A DNA stretch of 62,864 bases from Chiloscyllium plagiosum (lineage: Eukaryota): assembly GCF_004010195.1 (NCBI RefSeq), contig NC_057757.1, positions 834,041-896,904 of the forward strand. Direction: 5' to 3'. A program made the position numbers and the translations under genes. The notes beneath the pieces are model-generated. The model ran no database searches. It was given only the letters and a program-made list of their open reading frames with translations, and was not told the DNA's origin. Numbering within the stretch: position 1 is the stretch's first letter; each line of letters opens with the position of its first letter. Below, one piece after another: positions 50,560 through 62,864 of this stretch.

Positions 50560-51623
50560 ACTGGCTCCAAGGTAGAAGACAGAGGGTGGTGGTGGTGGAG
50601 GGTTGTTTTTCACACTGGAGACGTCCGACCAGTGGAGTGTCACAAGGATCGGTGCTGCGTCCACTACTTTTTGTCATTTATATAAATGATTTGGATGCGA
50701 GCATAAGAGGTGCAGTTAGTAAGTTTGTAAACGACACCAAAATTGGAGGTGTAGTGGACAGTGGAAAAGGTTACCTCAGATTGCAACAGGATCTCGAACA
50801 GATGGGCCAATGGGCTGAGAAGTGGCAGATGGAGTTTAATTCAGATAAATGCGAGGTGCTGCATTTTGGGAAAGCAAATCTTAGCAGGACTTATACACTT
50901 AATGGTAAGGTCCTAGGGAGTGTTGCTGAACAAAGAGACATTGGGGTGCAGGTTCATAGCTCGTTGAAAGTGGAGTCACAGGTAAATAGGATAGTGAAGG
51001 CGGTGTTTGATATGCTTTCCTTTATTGGTCAGAGTACTGAGTACTGGAGTTGGGAGGTCATGTTGCAGCTGTACAGGACTTTGGTTAGGCCACTGTTGGA
51101 ATATTGCATGCAATTCTAGTCTCCTTCCTATCGGAAACATGTTATGAAACTTGAAAGAGTTTAGAGTCATAGAGATGTACAGCATAGAAACAGACCCTTC
51201 GGTCCAACCCGTCCATGCTGACCAGATATTCCAACCCAGTCTAGTCCCACTGGCCCATATCCCTCTAAACCCTTCTTATTCATATACCCATCCAAATGCC
51301 TCTTAAATGTTGCAATTGTACCAGCCTCCACCACTTCCTCTGGCAGCTAATTCCATACACATACCACCCTCTGTATGAATAGGTTGCCCCGTAGGTCTCT
51401 TTTATATCTTTCCCCTCTCACCCTAAACCTATGCCCTCTAGTTCTGGACTCCCTGACCCCAGAGAAAAGACTTTGTCTATTTATCCTATCCATGCCCCTC
51501 ATAATTTTGTAAACCTCTATAAGGTCACCCCTCAGCCTCCGACACTCCAGGGAGAACAGCCCCAGCCAATTCAGCCTCGCCCTATAGTTCAAATCCTCCA
51601 ACCCTGGCAACATCCTTGTAAAT
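50560..51623. mobile_element. CR1 LINE with its 3' ~460 bp in inverted orientation
   Basis: Plus-strand RT to about 51161; the continuation lies on the minus strand from 51623 to the tail at about 51162. Confidence 0.85.
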
Positions 51624-51944
51624 ATTCAGTGACCTCCCTTCCCTATCTAATTCTACACAAGAATGCCTTCCCTCTCACCAGTTTCTGAGATGCACTCATG
51701 TCATTCCTGAGTTGGCTTCGTTACAGGGCTGCAAATATTTTCCTAATAGCACTGTGGGTGTACCTACAGGATTGCAGTTGTTTGAGAAGGCAGCTCACCA
51801 CCACTTTCTTAAGGGCAAATAATACTGAGATAAAATCTGTAGGCTGTAGTTTGATTTGATGCTGCTACTGACAGAGTTTGCATTTCGCTTGGAGGTATTT
51901 GGGCTTCCCTGAGATTATAACTATCAAAATGAAACTGAATATTT

Positions 51945-52222
51945 ATAGAATCCCTACAGTGTGGAAACAGGCCCTTTGGCCCAACTAGTCCACACCAACC
52001 CTCTGAAGAGTATCCCACCCAAACCCTATTACTCTACATTTACCCCTTACTAACACATGCCAGTTCACCTAATCTTTGGATTGTGGGAGGAAACTGGAGG
52101 AAACCCACGCAGACACGGGGAGAATGTGCAAACTCCACACAGACAGTTGCCTGAGGTGGGAATCGAACCAGAGTCCCTGGTACGGTGAGGCAGCAGTGCT
52201 AACCACTGTGCCACCGTGCCCC
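51945..52222 (-). mobile_element. V-SINE (HE1-like)
   Basis: Head GGGGCACGGTGGCACAGTGGTTAGC, V-domain and tail. Confidence 0.85.
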
Positions 52223-52799
52223 CATTTCCTCTGAAGTAGATATACTTTAGAGAATGGATAAAGTTATTAGTCAATTAGTAATGACGTGACAAAACGACCA
52301 AGAGATTCAGTTTATCAATATCTTTGTTTACTAGTTGGAGTCCAAAAGTGCAAAGTTGGATTTAATCAGTTTGGAATTTTTTTTGCAGAAGTAGGTTGAT
52401 TGGTTAGCCAGCCGCTGAGGAGTTCTAGGCAGCTTCTTCTCATTAAAAACTCCTTTCAAAATCTTCTGCTTCCTACAGGTCAGAGACATTTCTTTTATGA
52501 CAGCGGAGTCAGGGTGTCCATTTTGTCAATGGGTGTGTTATGGCTGACCCTATAAACAGCCTGCTCTTTCACATTATCACGTTTAAAAGGTTCTGCATGT
52601 GACCAGGCCTTCTGAGGGTAGAGAAGCAGTGTCCATTTCAGACAAGGGCTTCAGACATTGTAGATAACCAACTGTGTATGGCCCCTCCCAAGGGTTAAGT
52701 GGAAAGCTATTAATACATCTTGTTGGATGAGTGTAACTTGCAATTCCATTGTTTAAGGGATTTTCTAGGTGAGAATTTTCTCTGTAGCAGTTTTGGGTA

Positions 52800-53730
52800 G
52801 GGACTAGGTTGGTCCTGGACATGGAAGGATTTTCTGATGAAGAGAGGTTGAGTAGTCTGCGACTGTACTGTTTGGGATTTAGAAGAATGAGATGCCGACC
52901 TATTGAAACATATAAGATCCTGAATGGAATTGATAGGGTAGGTGCGGAGAGGTTGTTTCCCTTTGTGGGAGAGTCTAGAACCAGAGGGCATCTCCTCAGA
53001 GAAACGGGTCATCAATTTAAGATAGAGACAAGGAGGAATTTCTTCTTTCAGAATCACAGACATGGACAGCACAGGAACAGACCCTTCGGTCTAACTCATC
53101 CGCACCGACCAGATATCCTAAATTAATCTAGTTCCATTTGCCAGCACTTGGCCCATAATCCATCTAAACCCTTCCTATTCATATACCCATCCAGATGCTG
53201 CAATTATACCAGCATCCACCACTTCCTCTAGCAGCTCATTCCATACACTCACCATTCTGCGTGAAGAAGTCCCTTTTATATCTTTTCCCATCTCACCCTA
53301 AACCTAAGCGCTCTGGTTTCAGACTCCTCTACCCTGGGAAAAAGGAGCTGTTTACCCTATCAATGCCCCTCATGATTTTATAAACCTCTAAAGGTCACCC
53401 CTCAGCCTCCGACGCTCCGGGGAAAACACCCCCAGCCTGTTCAGCCTCTCCCTGTAGCTCAAGCCCTCCAACCCTGGCAACATCCTGGTAAATCTTGTCT
53501 GAACCCTTTCAAGTTTCACAACATCTTTCCGATAGCAAGTAGTGAATCTGTGAAATTCTTTACTGCAGGGAGATGTAGAAGCTGGGTCATGAAGTTTATT
53601 AAAGGCTGAGATAGACAGATTTTTAATCAGTCAGGGAATTGAATGGTGTGGGGCAAGAGGTAAGTGGGGTTGAGGATGATCGGATCAGCCATGACCCCAC
53701 TGAATGGATGGGCTGAATGGCCTACGTCTG
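52800..53730. mobile_element. Nested CR1 3' fragments in opposite orientations
   Basis: Plus-strand CR1 interrupted by a minus-strand CR1 3' end at about 53050-53535. Confidence 0.7.
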
Positions 53731-54664
53731 TTCCGACATGTTATGGGTTTGGTGGAAGATTGTGCCTGAATTTGGAAGCTGCACTTTCAGGAAGGATGCT
53801 GAGGCCCCGGAGAGGGTGTGGAGGGGTTTTATCAGAATGCTACGAGGTAGGGGCCTCAGTTACTGGGGAGGTGACAAGGCCGGGCTTATTCTCTTTCAGA
53901 AGAGAAGCTTGAAGGGACCTGGATTGCTCTGCATCATATCCAGTGATTCCTGCCCGGAAGTTTGGAGAGTTTGGATGGGGGCAACCCCCCCACCCCGCCT
54001 TCACCTCGCCCACCCCCCCCACCATCACCACCACCGGTACAATACCTACCCAGATTCTAGGATCAGTTCCACGTCCCTGAAAGCTGAACCCCAGCCAGCG
54101 CTTTTGGAGAAAGGGCAAGAGGGGATTGTTTTGTTTTGTTGATCATTCTAACTCTGCAGAATGATCCTGACAGATTCTGTGTTTTTTCTCCATCTGCTGA
54201 TCCTCACGGAGGTTCATGGTAGCAGTCCGAAGCAATGGCAAACTGCCTGCAGTTCACTGCGTTACTGCTCAAAGCCATGTCTGACCTGTCTGAACCCGAA
54301 ACAGCTCCTTCGCTCCACCATTATCGTGGGAGAATCTGTGGTTTTGGAAATAACTCTTCAAATGAGGCCGTATTTGTCGCTGTCACTGATGGCGCTACCA
54401 AAAATTGGAATTATTGAATATTTACAATGTAGGAGGAGGCTATTCATCCCATCATATCCACTCTGGCTCTCCTCAAAGGCAGCGTACTTAATCCCCACTC
54501 CCCCTGCCATTTCCTCAAGCCGTCCTGAATATATTTCCTCTTCAATTCTCCTCTGAAAGCCAAATCTGAACTTGCCTCCATCACACTCTCGGGCGATACA
54601 TTCCAGGCACTCACTCACTCATGATACAAAAAGGATTGGCTCATTTCGCTCTTTAGACAGAAGT

Positions 54665-54870
54665 GGGTGCTGCAGATGCTGGAGATTAGAGTCAAGATTA
54701 GAGCGGTGCTGGAAAAGCACAGCAGGTCAGGCAGCTTCCGAGGAGCAGGAAAATCAACGTTTCAGGCAAAAGCCCTTCATCGGGAAGAGCTTTTGCTCGA
54801 AATGTCAATTTTTCCTGCTCCTCAGATGCTGCCTGACCTGCTGTGCTTTTCCAGCACCGCTCTAATCTTG
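54665..54870. mobile_element. Palindromic Penelope-derived short element
   Basis: GTGCTGGAAAAGCACAGCAGGTCAGGCAGC and its reverse complement flank a hammerhead-like core; similar pieces at about 18990 and 35430-35590. Confidence 0.7.
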
Positions 54871-55366
54871 ATTCTAATTTTGCTCTTTGCTAATATTTTA
54901 AATCAATGTCCTTTTTTTAAAGTTTAATTTATTCACACACAGCTCATGGCACGACCAGTATTTACTCTCATCCTTAATTGTACAGAAGGTGGTGAGTTAC
55001 CTTGTTGAACTGCTGTGGTCTGTGTGGTATCTGTGCACTCATTAGGGAGGGATTGCAGGAGCCTGAATAAATCCGGACGGGCTGTTCCCATGTATCTGTC
55101 TGTGTAGGTCCTTCAAGATATTAGGAGATCATGGGTTCGAAAGGCGCTGTCTCAGCAGTCTTGAGCTTTCTGCCAATGGCTAGTATTTCCCCCCTATCTG
55201 TTCTGTCCAGGGTACCTGGGTTTTGGATATCCCATTGCAAGATATTCCTCGTTACTGCTGGATTTACGAGGTGGGGGAGGCTCTGTCAGCAGATATTTCA
55301 GTCTTTGCCACCAGTAGCTCGCCCAAGTATCAGTGTCTTGTCAATTCCACATCCTCAGACGGTGTT

Positions 55367-55605
55367 TAGATTAGATTCCCTACAGTGTGGAAACAGGCCA
55401 TTTAGCCCAACAAGTCCACACCGACCCTCCAAAGAGTAACCCACACTCCGACATTTATCCCTGAGTAATGCACCTTAGACTATGGGCAATTTAGCACGGC
55501 CAATTCACCTAACCTGCACATCTTTGGATTGTGGGAGGAAAGCCACACAGACACGGGGAAAATGTGCAAACTCCACACAGACAGTCACCTGAGGTGGGAA
55601 TCGAA
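55367..55605 (-). mobile_element. 5'-truncated V-SINE
   Basis: V-domain and TAGATTAGATT tail. Confidence 0.8.
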
Positions 55606-56510
55606 CGTGTTTGTGTGTGTGTGTTTATGTGTGTTAATGTGTGTGTGTGCGTGTGTCAGATAGAGAGACGCTAGGAGCTACGGTTCAGCTTGCTGTTGGA
55701 AAGGAATGTTGAAGGAGATTATATCTGGGAAAGATGTTAACCCTCCACCTTTCAGCTGCTAAACGAGGACAGTAACACAGTCCATGCCTGAGCTGCTCCT
55801 GCTAACATGGGGACGGGCAAAGGATCAGGGACAGGAGTTGGTCAATTAACACGAAGCCAATCAAGACTTTTTAAACAGTGCCTTAGGTCCAATTAAACAT
55901 GTTCCAATTGGGCTCCGTGTTATAGAGAATGGAACAGCCTCTGACACTGCTTCTAAGGTTGAGTTTCACCTGCTTGGAAGGCAGTATCATTCTCGGATTC
56001 CCAACACTGGNNNNNNNNNNNNNNNNNNNNNNNNNNNNNNNNNNNNNNNNNNNNNNNNNNNNNNNNNNNNNNNNNNNNNNNNNNNNNNNNNNNNNNNNNN
56101 NNNNNNNNNNNNNNNNNNNNNNNNNNNNNNNNNNNNNNNNNNNNNNNNNNNNNNNNNNNNNNNNNNNNNNNNNNNNNNNNNNNNNNNNNNNNNNNNNNNN
56201 NNNNNNNNNNNNNNNNNNNNNNNNNNNNNNNNNNNNNNNNNNNNNNNNNNNNNNNNNNNNNNNNNNNNNNNNNNNNNNNNNNNNNNNNNNNNNNNNNNNN
56301 NNNNNNNNNNNNNNNNNNNNNNNNNNNNNNNNNNNNNNNNNNNNNNNNNNNNNNNNNNNNNNNNNNNNNNNNNNNNNNNNNNNNNNNNNNNNNNNNNNNN
56401 NNNNNNNNNNNNNNNNNNNNNNNNNNNNNNNNNNNNNNNNNNNNNNNNNNNNNNNNNNNNNNNNNNNNNNNNNNNNNNNNNNNNNNNNNNNNNNNNNNNN
56501 NNNNNNNNNN

Positions 56511-57900
56511 TGGAGGAGTTTATAGAGATAGGGAGGGGTGTAGGGGTGGGAGGAGGTTACAGGGATAGGTAGGGGTGTCGGACCTGGAGGAGTTTATAGA
56601 GATAGGGAGGGGTGTAGGGGTGGGAGGAGGTTACAGGGATAGGTAGGGGTGTCGGACCTGGAGGAGTTTATAGAGATAGGGAGGGGTGTAGGGGTGGGAG
56701 GAGGTTACAGGGATAGGTAGGGGTGTCGGACCTGGAGGAGTTTATAGAGATAGGGAGGGGTGTAGGGGTGGGAGGAGGTTACAGGGATAGGTAGGGGTGT
56801 CGGACCTGGAGGAGTTTATAGAGATAGGGAGGGGTGTAGGGGTGGGAGGAGGTTACAGGGATAGGTAGGGGTGTCGGACCTGGAGGAGTTTATAGAGATA
56901 GGGAGGGGTGTAGGGGTGGGAGGAGGTTACAGGGATAGGTAGGGGTGTCGGACCTGGAGGAGTTTATAGAGATAGGGAGGGGTGTAGGGGTGGGAGGAGG
57001 TTACAGGGATAGGTAGGGGTGTCGGACCTGGAGGAGTTTATAGAGATAGGGAGGGGTGTAGGGGTGGGAGGAGGTTACAGGGATAGGTAGGGGTGTCGGA
57101 CCTGGAGGAGTTTATAGAGATAGGGAGGGGTGTAGGGGTGGGAGGAGGTTACAGGGATAGGTAGGGGTGTCGGACCTGGAGGAGTTTATAGAGATAGGGA
57201 GGGGTGTAGGGGTGGGAGGAGGTTACAGGGATAGGTAGGGGTGTCGGACCTGGAGGAGTTTATAGAGATAGGGAGGGGTGTAGGGGTGGGAGGAGGTTAC
57301 AGGGATAGGTAGGGGTGTCGGACCTGGAGGAGTTTATAGAGATAGGGAGGGGTGTAGGGGTGGGAGGAGGTTACAGGGATAGGTAGGGGTGTCGGACCTG
57401 GAGGAGTTTATAGAGATAGGGAGGGGTGTAGGGGTGGGAGGAGGTTACAGGGATAGGTAGGGGTGTCGGACCTGGAGGAGTTTATAGAGATAGGGAGGGG
57501 TGTAGGGGTGGGAGGAGGTTACAGGGATAGGTAGGGGTGTCGGACCTGGAGGAGTTTATAGAGATAGGGAGGGGTGTAGGGGTGGGAGGAGGTTACAGGG
57601 ATAGGTAGGGGTGTCGGACCTGGAGGAGTTTATAGAGATAGGGAGGGGTGTAGGGGTGGGAGGAGGTTACAGGGATAGGTAGGGGTGTCGGACCTGGAGG
57701 AGTTTATAGAGATAGGGAGGGGTGTAGGGGTGGGAGGAGGTTACAGGGATAGGTAGGGGTGTCGGACCTGGAGGAGTTTATAGAGATAGGGAGGGGTGTA
57801 GGGGTGGGAGGAGGTTACAGGGATAGGTAGGGGTGTCGGACCTGGAGGAGTTTATAGAGATAGGGAGGGGTGTAGGGGTGGGAGGAGGTTACAAGGATAG
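56511..57900. repeat. G-rich minisatellite, 74-bp unit (dimer of ~37 bp), adjacent to an N-gap
   Basis: About 18 essentially identical tandem copies. Confidence 0.95.
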
Positions 57901-58849
57901 GGAAGGATTGTGCGCCGGAGGAGTTTACAGAGTGTAATTGTGTCTGTGTAAGTATCTGTTTCAGAGAGTTACTGAGAGCTGATGTAAACCTGATCCTACT
58001 GCATAATATGTGACCACCTGTAACCCTATGAAAATCTTCCAGGTTCCTACTAACTCAATGTCATTTCACTTGTCGATTTGGCATGTGTATTGTGTCAACA
58101 AACTGCGGCTGTTCAGGATGGGCACATCAGGGGATGGTTGGCCCTGAGTCTCAGTCTCCAGTTGGCACAGGGAGATTCAGGCCTGCTTTAGGCTGCAGCT
58201 GGGGCACTGCTCAGACCCACACAGCCACTCACCCACAGAAGTGTGGACCTGGAATCACCTATAGGGCCTGACAGAAACATTCAGTCATTGATATGGCTCC
58301 ACACGCTGACTGCTCTCATACAGGCTTTGTAACAGCCTCAAGTGTGTGAATGAAAGTGGCTAATGTCCTTTCGGGAAGGAAGCTGCCATCCTTACCCAGT
58401 CTGGCCTACACATGACTATAGACTCACAGCAATGTGTGTTTTCATTCATTCATTCACAGGATGAGGGCTCCGCTGGCTAGGTAGGCATTTATTGCCCATC
58501 CTTTGAAAGCCAGAAGGCAGTGAAGAGCCAACTACCTTGCTGTGGGTCTGGAGTCCCGTGGAGGCCAGACCAGGTAAGGATGGCAGTTTCCTTCCCTCAA
58601 GGACATTAGTGACCCAGATGGGTTTTCATGATAATTGACAATGTTTTCATGGCCATCATTAGACTTTTAATTACAGTTTTTTTTAATTTAATTCAAATTT
58701 GACCGTCTGTCATGGTGGGATTAGAACCTAGGTCCCCAGATCATTATCAGGGTCTCTGGGTTAACAGCCCAGCAATAACACTAATAAGGCACAGCCTCCC
58801 CTGTCTGGTTGATTCTTAACTGCTCTCTGGGCAATTAGGGATGGGGAGG

Positions 58850-59460
58850 TTTGTAGAATCATGAGGGGCTGGATAGGATGGGTGGACATGGTCTTTTTCC
58901 TGGGGTGGGAGGGTCCGTGACTCTATGACAGTAAATGCTGGACTCTTGTCCTGTGAATGAATTAATTTTTAAAGACGCTATAACATGGAGAATTTGATAA
59001 GATGTGGCATAACACAATGACTGACACCTGACAAAAGGGACGTAAGGGGCAACGTTTTCACACAGAGGGTGGTACGTGTGTAGAATGAGCTGCCAGAGGA
59101 AGTGGTGGAGGCTGGTACAATTGCAGCATTTAAGAGGCATCTGGATGGGTATATGAATAGGAAAGGTTTGGAGGGATATGGGCTAAGTGCTGGCAGGTGG
59201 GACTAGATTGGGTTGGGATAACCGGTCAGAATGGATGGGTTGGACCGAAGGGTCTGTTTCCGTGCTGTACATCCCTATGACTGTATGTGTGAGAGAGAGC
59301 AAGAGAATCTTTAAAGACACTTAGATAATTAGATGAATAGGGAAGGGTTTGGAGGGGTATGTGCCAGGAGCAGGCAGGTGGGACTAGTTTAGTTTGGGAT
59401 TATGGTCAGCACGGACTGGTTGGGCCGAAGGGTCTGTTTCTGTGCTGGCTGACTCTAAGA
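58850..59460 (+). mobile_element. CR1 3' end fragments
   Basis: CR1 ORF2 terminal sequence and 3' UTRs. Confidence 0.75.
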
Positions 59461-61034
59461 GAGACAGAATGAGAATGAAAGAACAGGAGAGGTGGAGAAG
59501 AGAGGGAAGAGGAGAGAAAACAAGTGAGATGGCACGAAACAGAAAGAACAAGACAAACAATAAGAGAAAGAATGAGTGAGGGGAGAGAGAGAGAGAGAAA
59601 TGGAGAAGAAAGAGAATTGAAAGGGGGGGGAGAATGAAAGACAAGAGATTGTAAGACCTAAAGGAGAAAAAGTTTGAGATTGAATTATAGAAAGTGAAAG
59701 AGGAAGACAACAAACTGAAAAATAAAGTTTTGTTTCATTCTCTCTGCAAATAAGAAGTTGGTGTTTGATCAGGTACATTTAGAAAGAAACATAAATGAAA
59801 TCATTTGTGGGAAGACCGCAGAGTTTCAAAGCAGAAAATGCAGTTCTGAAATCTTCTAAATCGATTTATTTTGTTGCATCATGCTGGTTACCCGGTGACG
59901 GGGGTGGAACAAGAGGTTTAAACTGGCAATGAGTCTGAAACTGGGAAGAATGAGGACAGCCCAGTTGCCTGGGAGACCGTGGAAGAACATCAATGGAGCA
60001 GTGACAGGGGCTGTCGATCAAACAGGGCAAGCACCTGCAAAATACACAGGGAACACATAAAAACGCTGAGCCAAATCCCGAACCCTCCCCCACCCGAATC
60101 ATTAATATTAATGGCTGGCTGCTCACATTCTGCATCTCAAAGGGACCATGAGAGCAGGAGACTATCACCCAAATAAAATCAGGACCGTAAATATTTTTCT
60201 TTGCAAATAAAAACTGTTGGGAAAAAGGAAGCAGTTTCCAGTCTGGATTTTGCGATTAGGGAATTAGAACAGGGACTTTGGTCCAATCGCAAACTTTACA
60301 GTAAGCAGGCCTCTGGGAGGGTCAGAATTTGAGAAGATGACCATGAGCAAACCAGAGGTAACACTGTGCATTTTGATCACTCTCACACTCCCCTCCAGCT
60401 GAACGCCAAACTGCGGCACTGAGATAATCCTCACTACGTAACAGCAAGGTACTGCGGATCAGAAACAAAAACTAAAAGGGCTGGAGGAACTCATCAGTAT
60501 CTGTGGTGAGGGAGATAACATTTCCAGCCCAACGTGACCCTTTTCTGGGTGGCCCTGGGTTTCGGTTTTTCACTGTAAGCTCAACAGGATTTCCCCCACT
60601 TAACACTACCTTAAAACGTCATCTGCTCTTATTGCCATAGACAGGCACCGCACGCCCTGCTCCCCTTCTCTTACTGAGCCCCTACCCCATGATAAAACCA
60701 CGGTAAGACCACAACGTTCCATGTGAAGGTGTTGCATTTGTGTAGCTCCTGTCATGACCACCAAATGCCCCCAAGCAGCTTTGCGGCCAATGAGGTAATA
60801 TTTTGAAGAAATGGTCTTGCAATGGATGGAACAAGAGTTGCATTTTTTGGTATGAACCAGGTCAATTTTCAGTTCTGTTCATGGAGAAGTGAATATTGAT
60901 CACATGACAGCAGGAAGTCACACCTCCCCCAGTCCTGGCCCTCCAACAGTGCAGTCGCCCCTTCAGTTTATTAGGGAGTATCTTGTAACAATGGCACCAA
61001 GTTCTGCTCTCCCCCACAGATGGAGACATTTTAG

Positions 61035-61490
61035 TCATAGTCATAGAGTCACTGAAAAGCACAGAAACAGACCCTTCGGTCCAACCAGTCCATGCTGACC
61101 ATAATCCCAAACTACAGGCCTGCGCTTGGCCCATATCCCTCCAAACATTTCTTATTCACATACTTTTTTTTAAATAATGTTTTTTAAACGTTGTAACTGT
61201 ACCTAATTAGATTAGATTCCCTACAGTGTGGAAACAGGCCCTTCAGCCCAACCAGTTCACACCGACCCAACCAGTTCACACCGACCCAGCCAGTTCACAC
61301 CGACCCTCCAAAGACTAACCCGCCCAGACCCATTTCCCACTGACTAACATACCTAACACTATGGGGCAATTTAGCATGGCCAATCCACCCTACCCGCACA
61401 TCTTTGGACTGTGGGAGGAAACCGGAGCACCCGGAGGAAACCCACGCAGACACGGGGAGAATGTGCAAACTCCACACAGACAGTCGCCCG
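61035..61490 (-). mobile_element. CR1 3' tail followed by a truncated V-SINE
   Basis: CR1 tail at about 61035-61200; SINE V-domain and tail at 61205-61490. Confidence 0.75.
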
Positions 61491-62864
61491 AAGGATTTTA
61501 TAAACGTCTTCCCTATTGAACCTCCTTTATAATTTTAAAGACCTTTCTCATGGTTTAGCCTTCTCTTTTCCAGAAGGAAGACTGGCAGTCTGTTTACGTC
61601 TTTCCCAATAGTAAAACGCTCCCTGTTCTGATGTTATTCTGATTGGACTTCCATCAATCTCTGCCTGTGAATCGCCTGTTTACATGTTGCTTACAACATG
61701 GTCTTATAAGATCCCAGAGAGAGAACTTTACTCAGCAAGGTCCCAATTTCAGCTCAATTTCCGGGTAATGCCAGCTGCAGTTCTTTTAAATTCACTCATG
61801 CGGTATGGACACGCCTTTCTGGGTTATGTTCAGGTGCAGTAGGAGGCCATTTAGCCCCTCATATCTTATCTCTTCATAAGATCACCCCCAACCCTACACC
61901 CTTCCCTAGCTCTGTAATCTCATTCAACTGCTTTGACTGTCCTGACCTCTGTAACCTTGTCCAGTCCCTTTATGGACACAGGAACAGGAGGCCATTCAGC
62001 CCCTCGAGTCTGTTACAAGAAGAAGCCCTTTCAGGAACAAGAGGCGGTTTTTCAGTGCTCTGAATTTGGTCTGGCCCTCAATTCCTTCCATTCAATTCCA
62101 CATCCCTTGGTGGACCATGCCCCTGATTCTGTAATACAAGCATCTCACTTCTGAATGATCCAACTGCCCACCGCAGAATCTTGCATTTGCGTAGCACCTG
62201 TTACACAGTAACGCATTCCAACTCAGGATTCTAAACCGACAGAGTTTGATACCAAGCCACATCAGAAAATACTAAGGGTAGTGACCAAAAGGTCAGTCAT
62301 GAAGAGTGGACTTAACGGAGCATCCGAAGGGAGTTAGAGAATTCCAGGGTTCAAGTTCCCAGGTCAATCATGGCCACCAACAGAGATTGGGGGGAGGACA
62401 CTCAAGAGGCTGGAATTGACGAGGCCTGACCTCTGAATTCACCTCATCCCATACTCAGACCTCATAGTGTAACTCATTCCAAATCCCAGTTATAAATTAC
62501 CCCATGCTTACAGACTACCAACCCAGCTGGATCGGTTTTAAATTCTCACATTTAGATCTGAATCACACCATGACCTCACGCTCAGCCCCACACCTGTTCC
62601 TATCTCTATGATCTCGCCCAGCCAGCCCCACCCCTCCCTACCTCTATAATCTCCTCGAGCCCTTACACTCCTCCCTATCTCGGTAATCTCTCCCAGTCCC
62701 AACCCTGTCTATCTCAGCGATCTCTCCCAACCCTACCCCTCCCTTCCTCTGTAAGTCCTTCCAGCCCCTATATCCCTCCATCTCAGCGATCTCTCCCAAC
62801 CCTACCCCTCCCTTCCTCTGTACGTCCTTCCAGCCCCTATATCCCTCCTTATCTCTGTAAAGTC

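Overview
Repeat-rich vertebrate genomic DNA with five N-gaps. The tRNA-headed V-SINEs (HE1-like), CR1 LINEs and Penelope-like remnants point to a cartilaginous fish, probably a shark. Three spliced protein-coding genes could be rebuilt by hand from GT/AG boundaries with consistent phases, all on the minus strand. (1) PHF23: 5 coding exons, 49314->33551, 306 aa, C-terminal PHD finger, CpG-island promoter. (2) A small secreted precursor that the ORF track misses: signal peptide, two cysteine-free natriuretic-peptide-like motifs (FGRPLDRI, ILTPLDHIG) and basic cleavage sites. It looks like a divergent osteocrin/musclin (OSTN)-like gene, 21326->14362, about 143 aa, with a candidate TATA promoter and non-coding first exon near 23.5 kb. 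(3) A divergent CCDC50-like gene: 6 coding exons, 10512->105, about 739 aa, with an unfamiliar repetitive C-terminus. The OSTN-like -> CCDC50-like order and orientation mirror human 3q28, yet the pair sits beside PHF23 (human 17p13). This suggests a retained whole-genome-duplication copy, i.e. a possible second osteocrin hormone. Most other long ORFs are LINE remnants, minisatellite read-throughs or gap artefacts. Family assignments come from recalled sequence similarity, not database searches.
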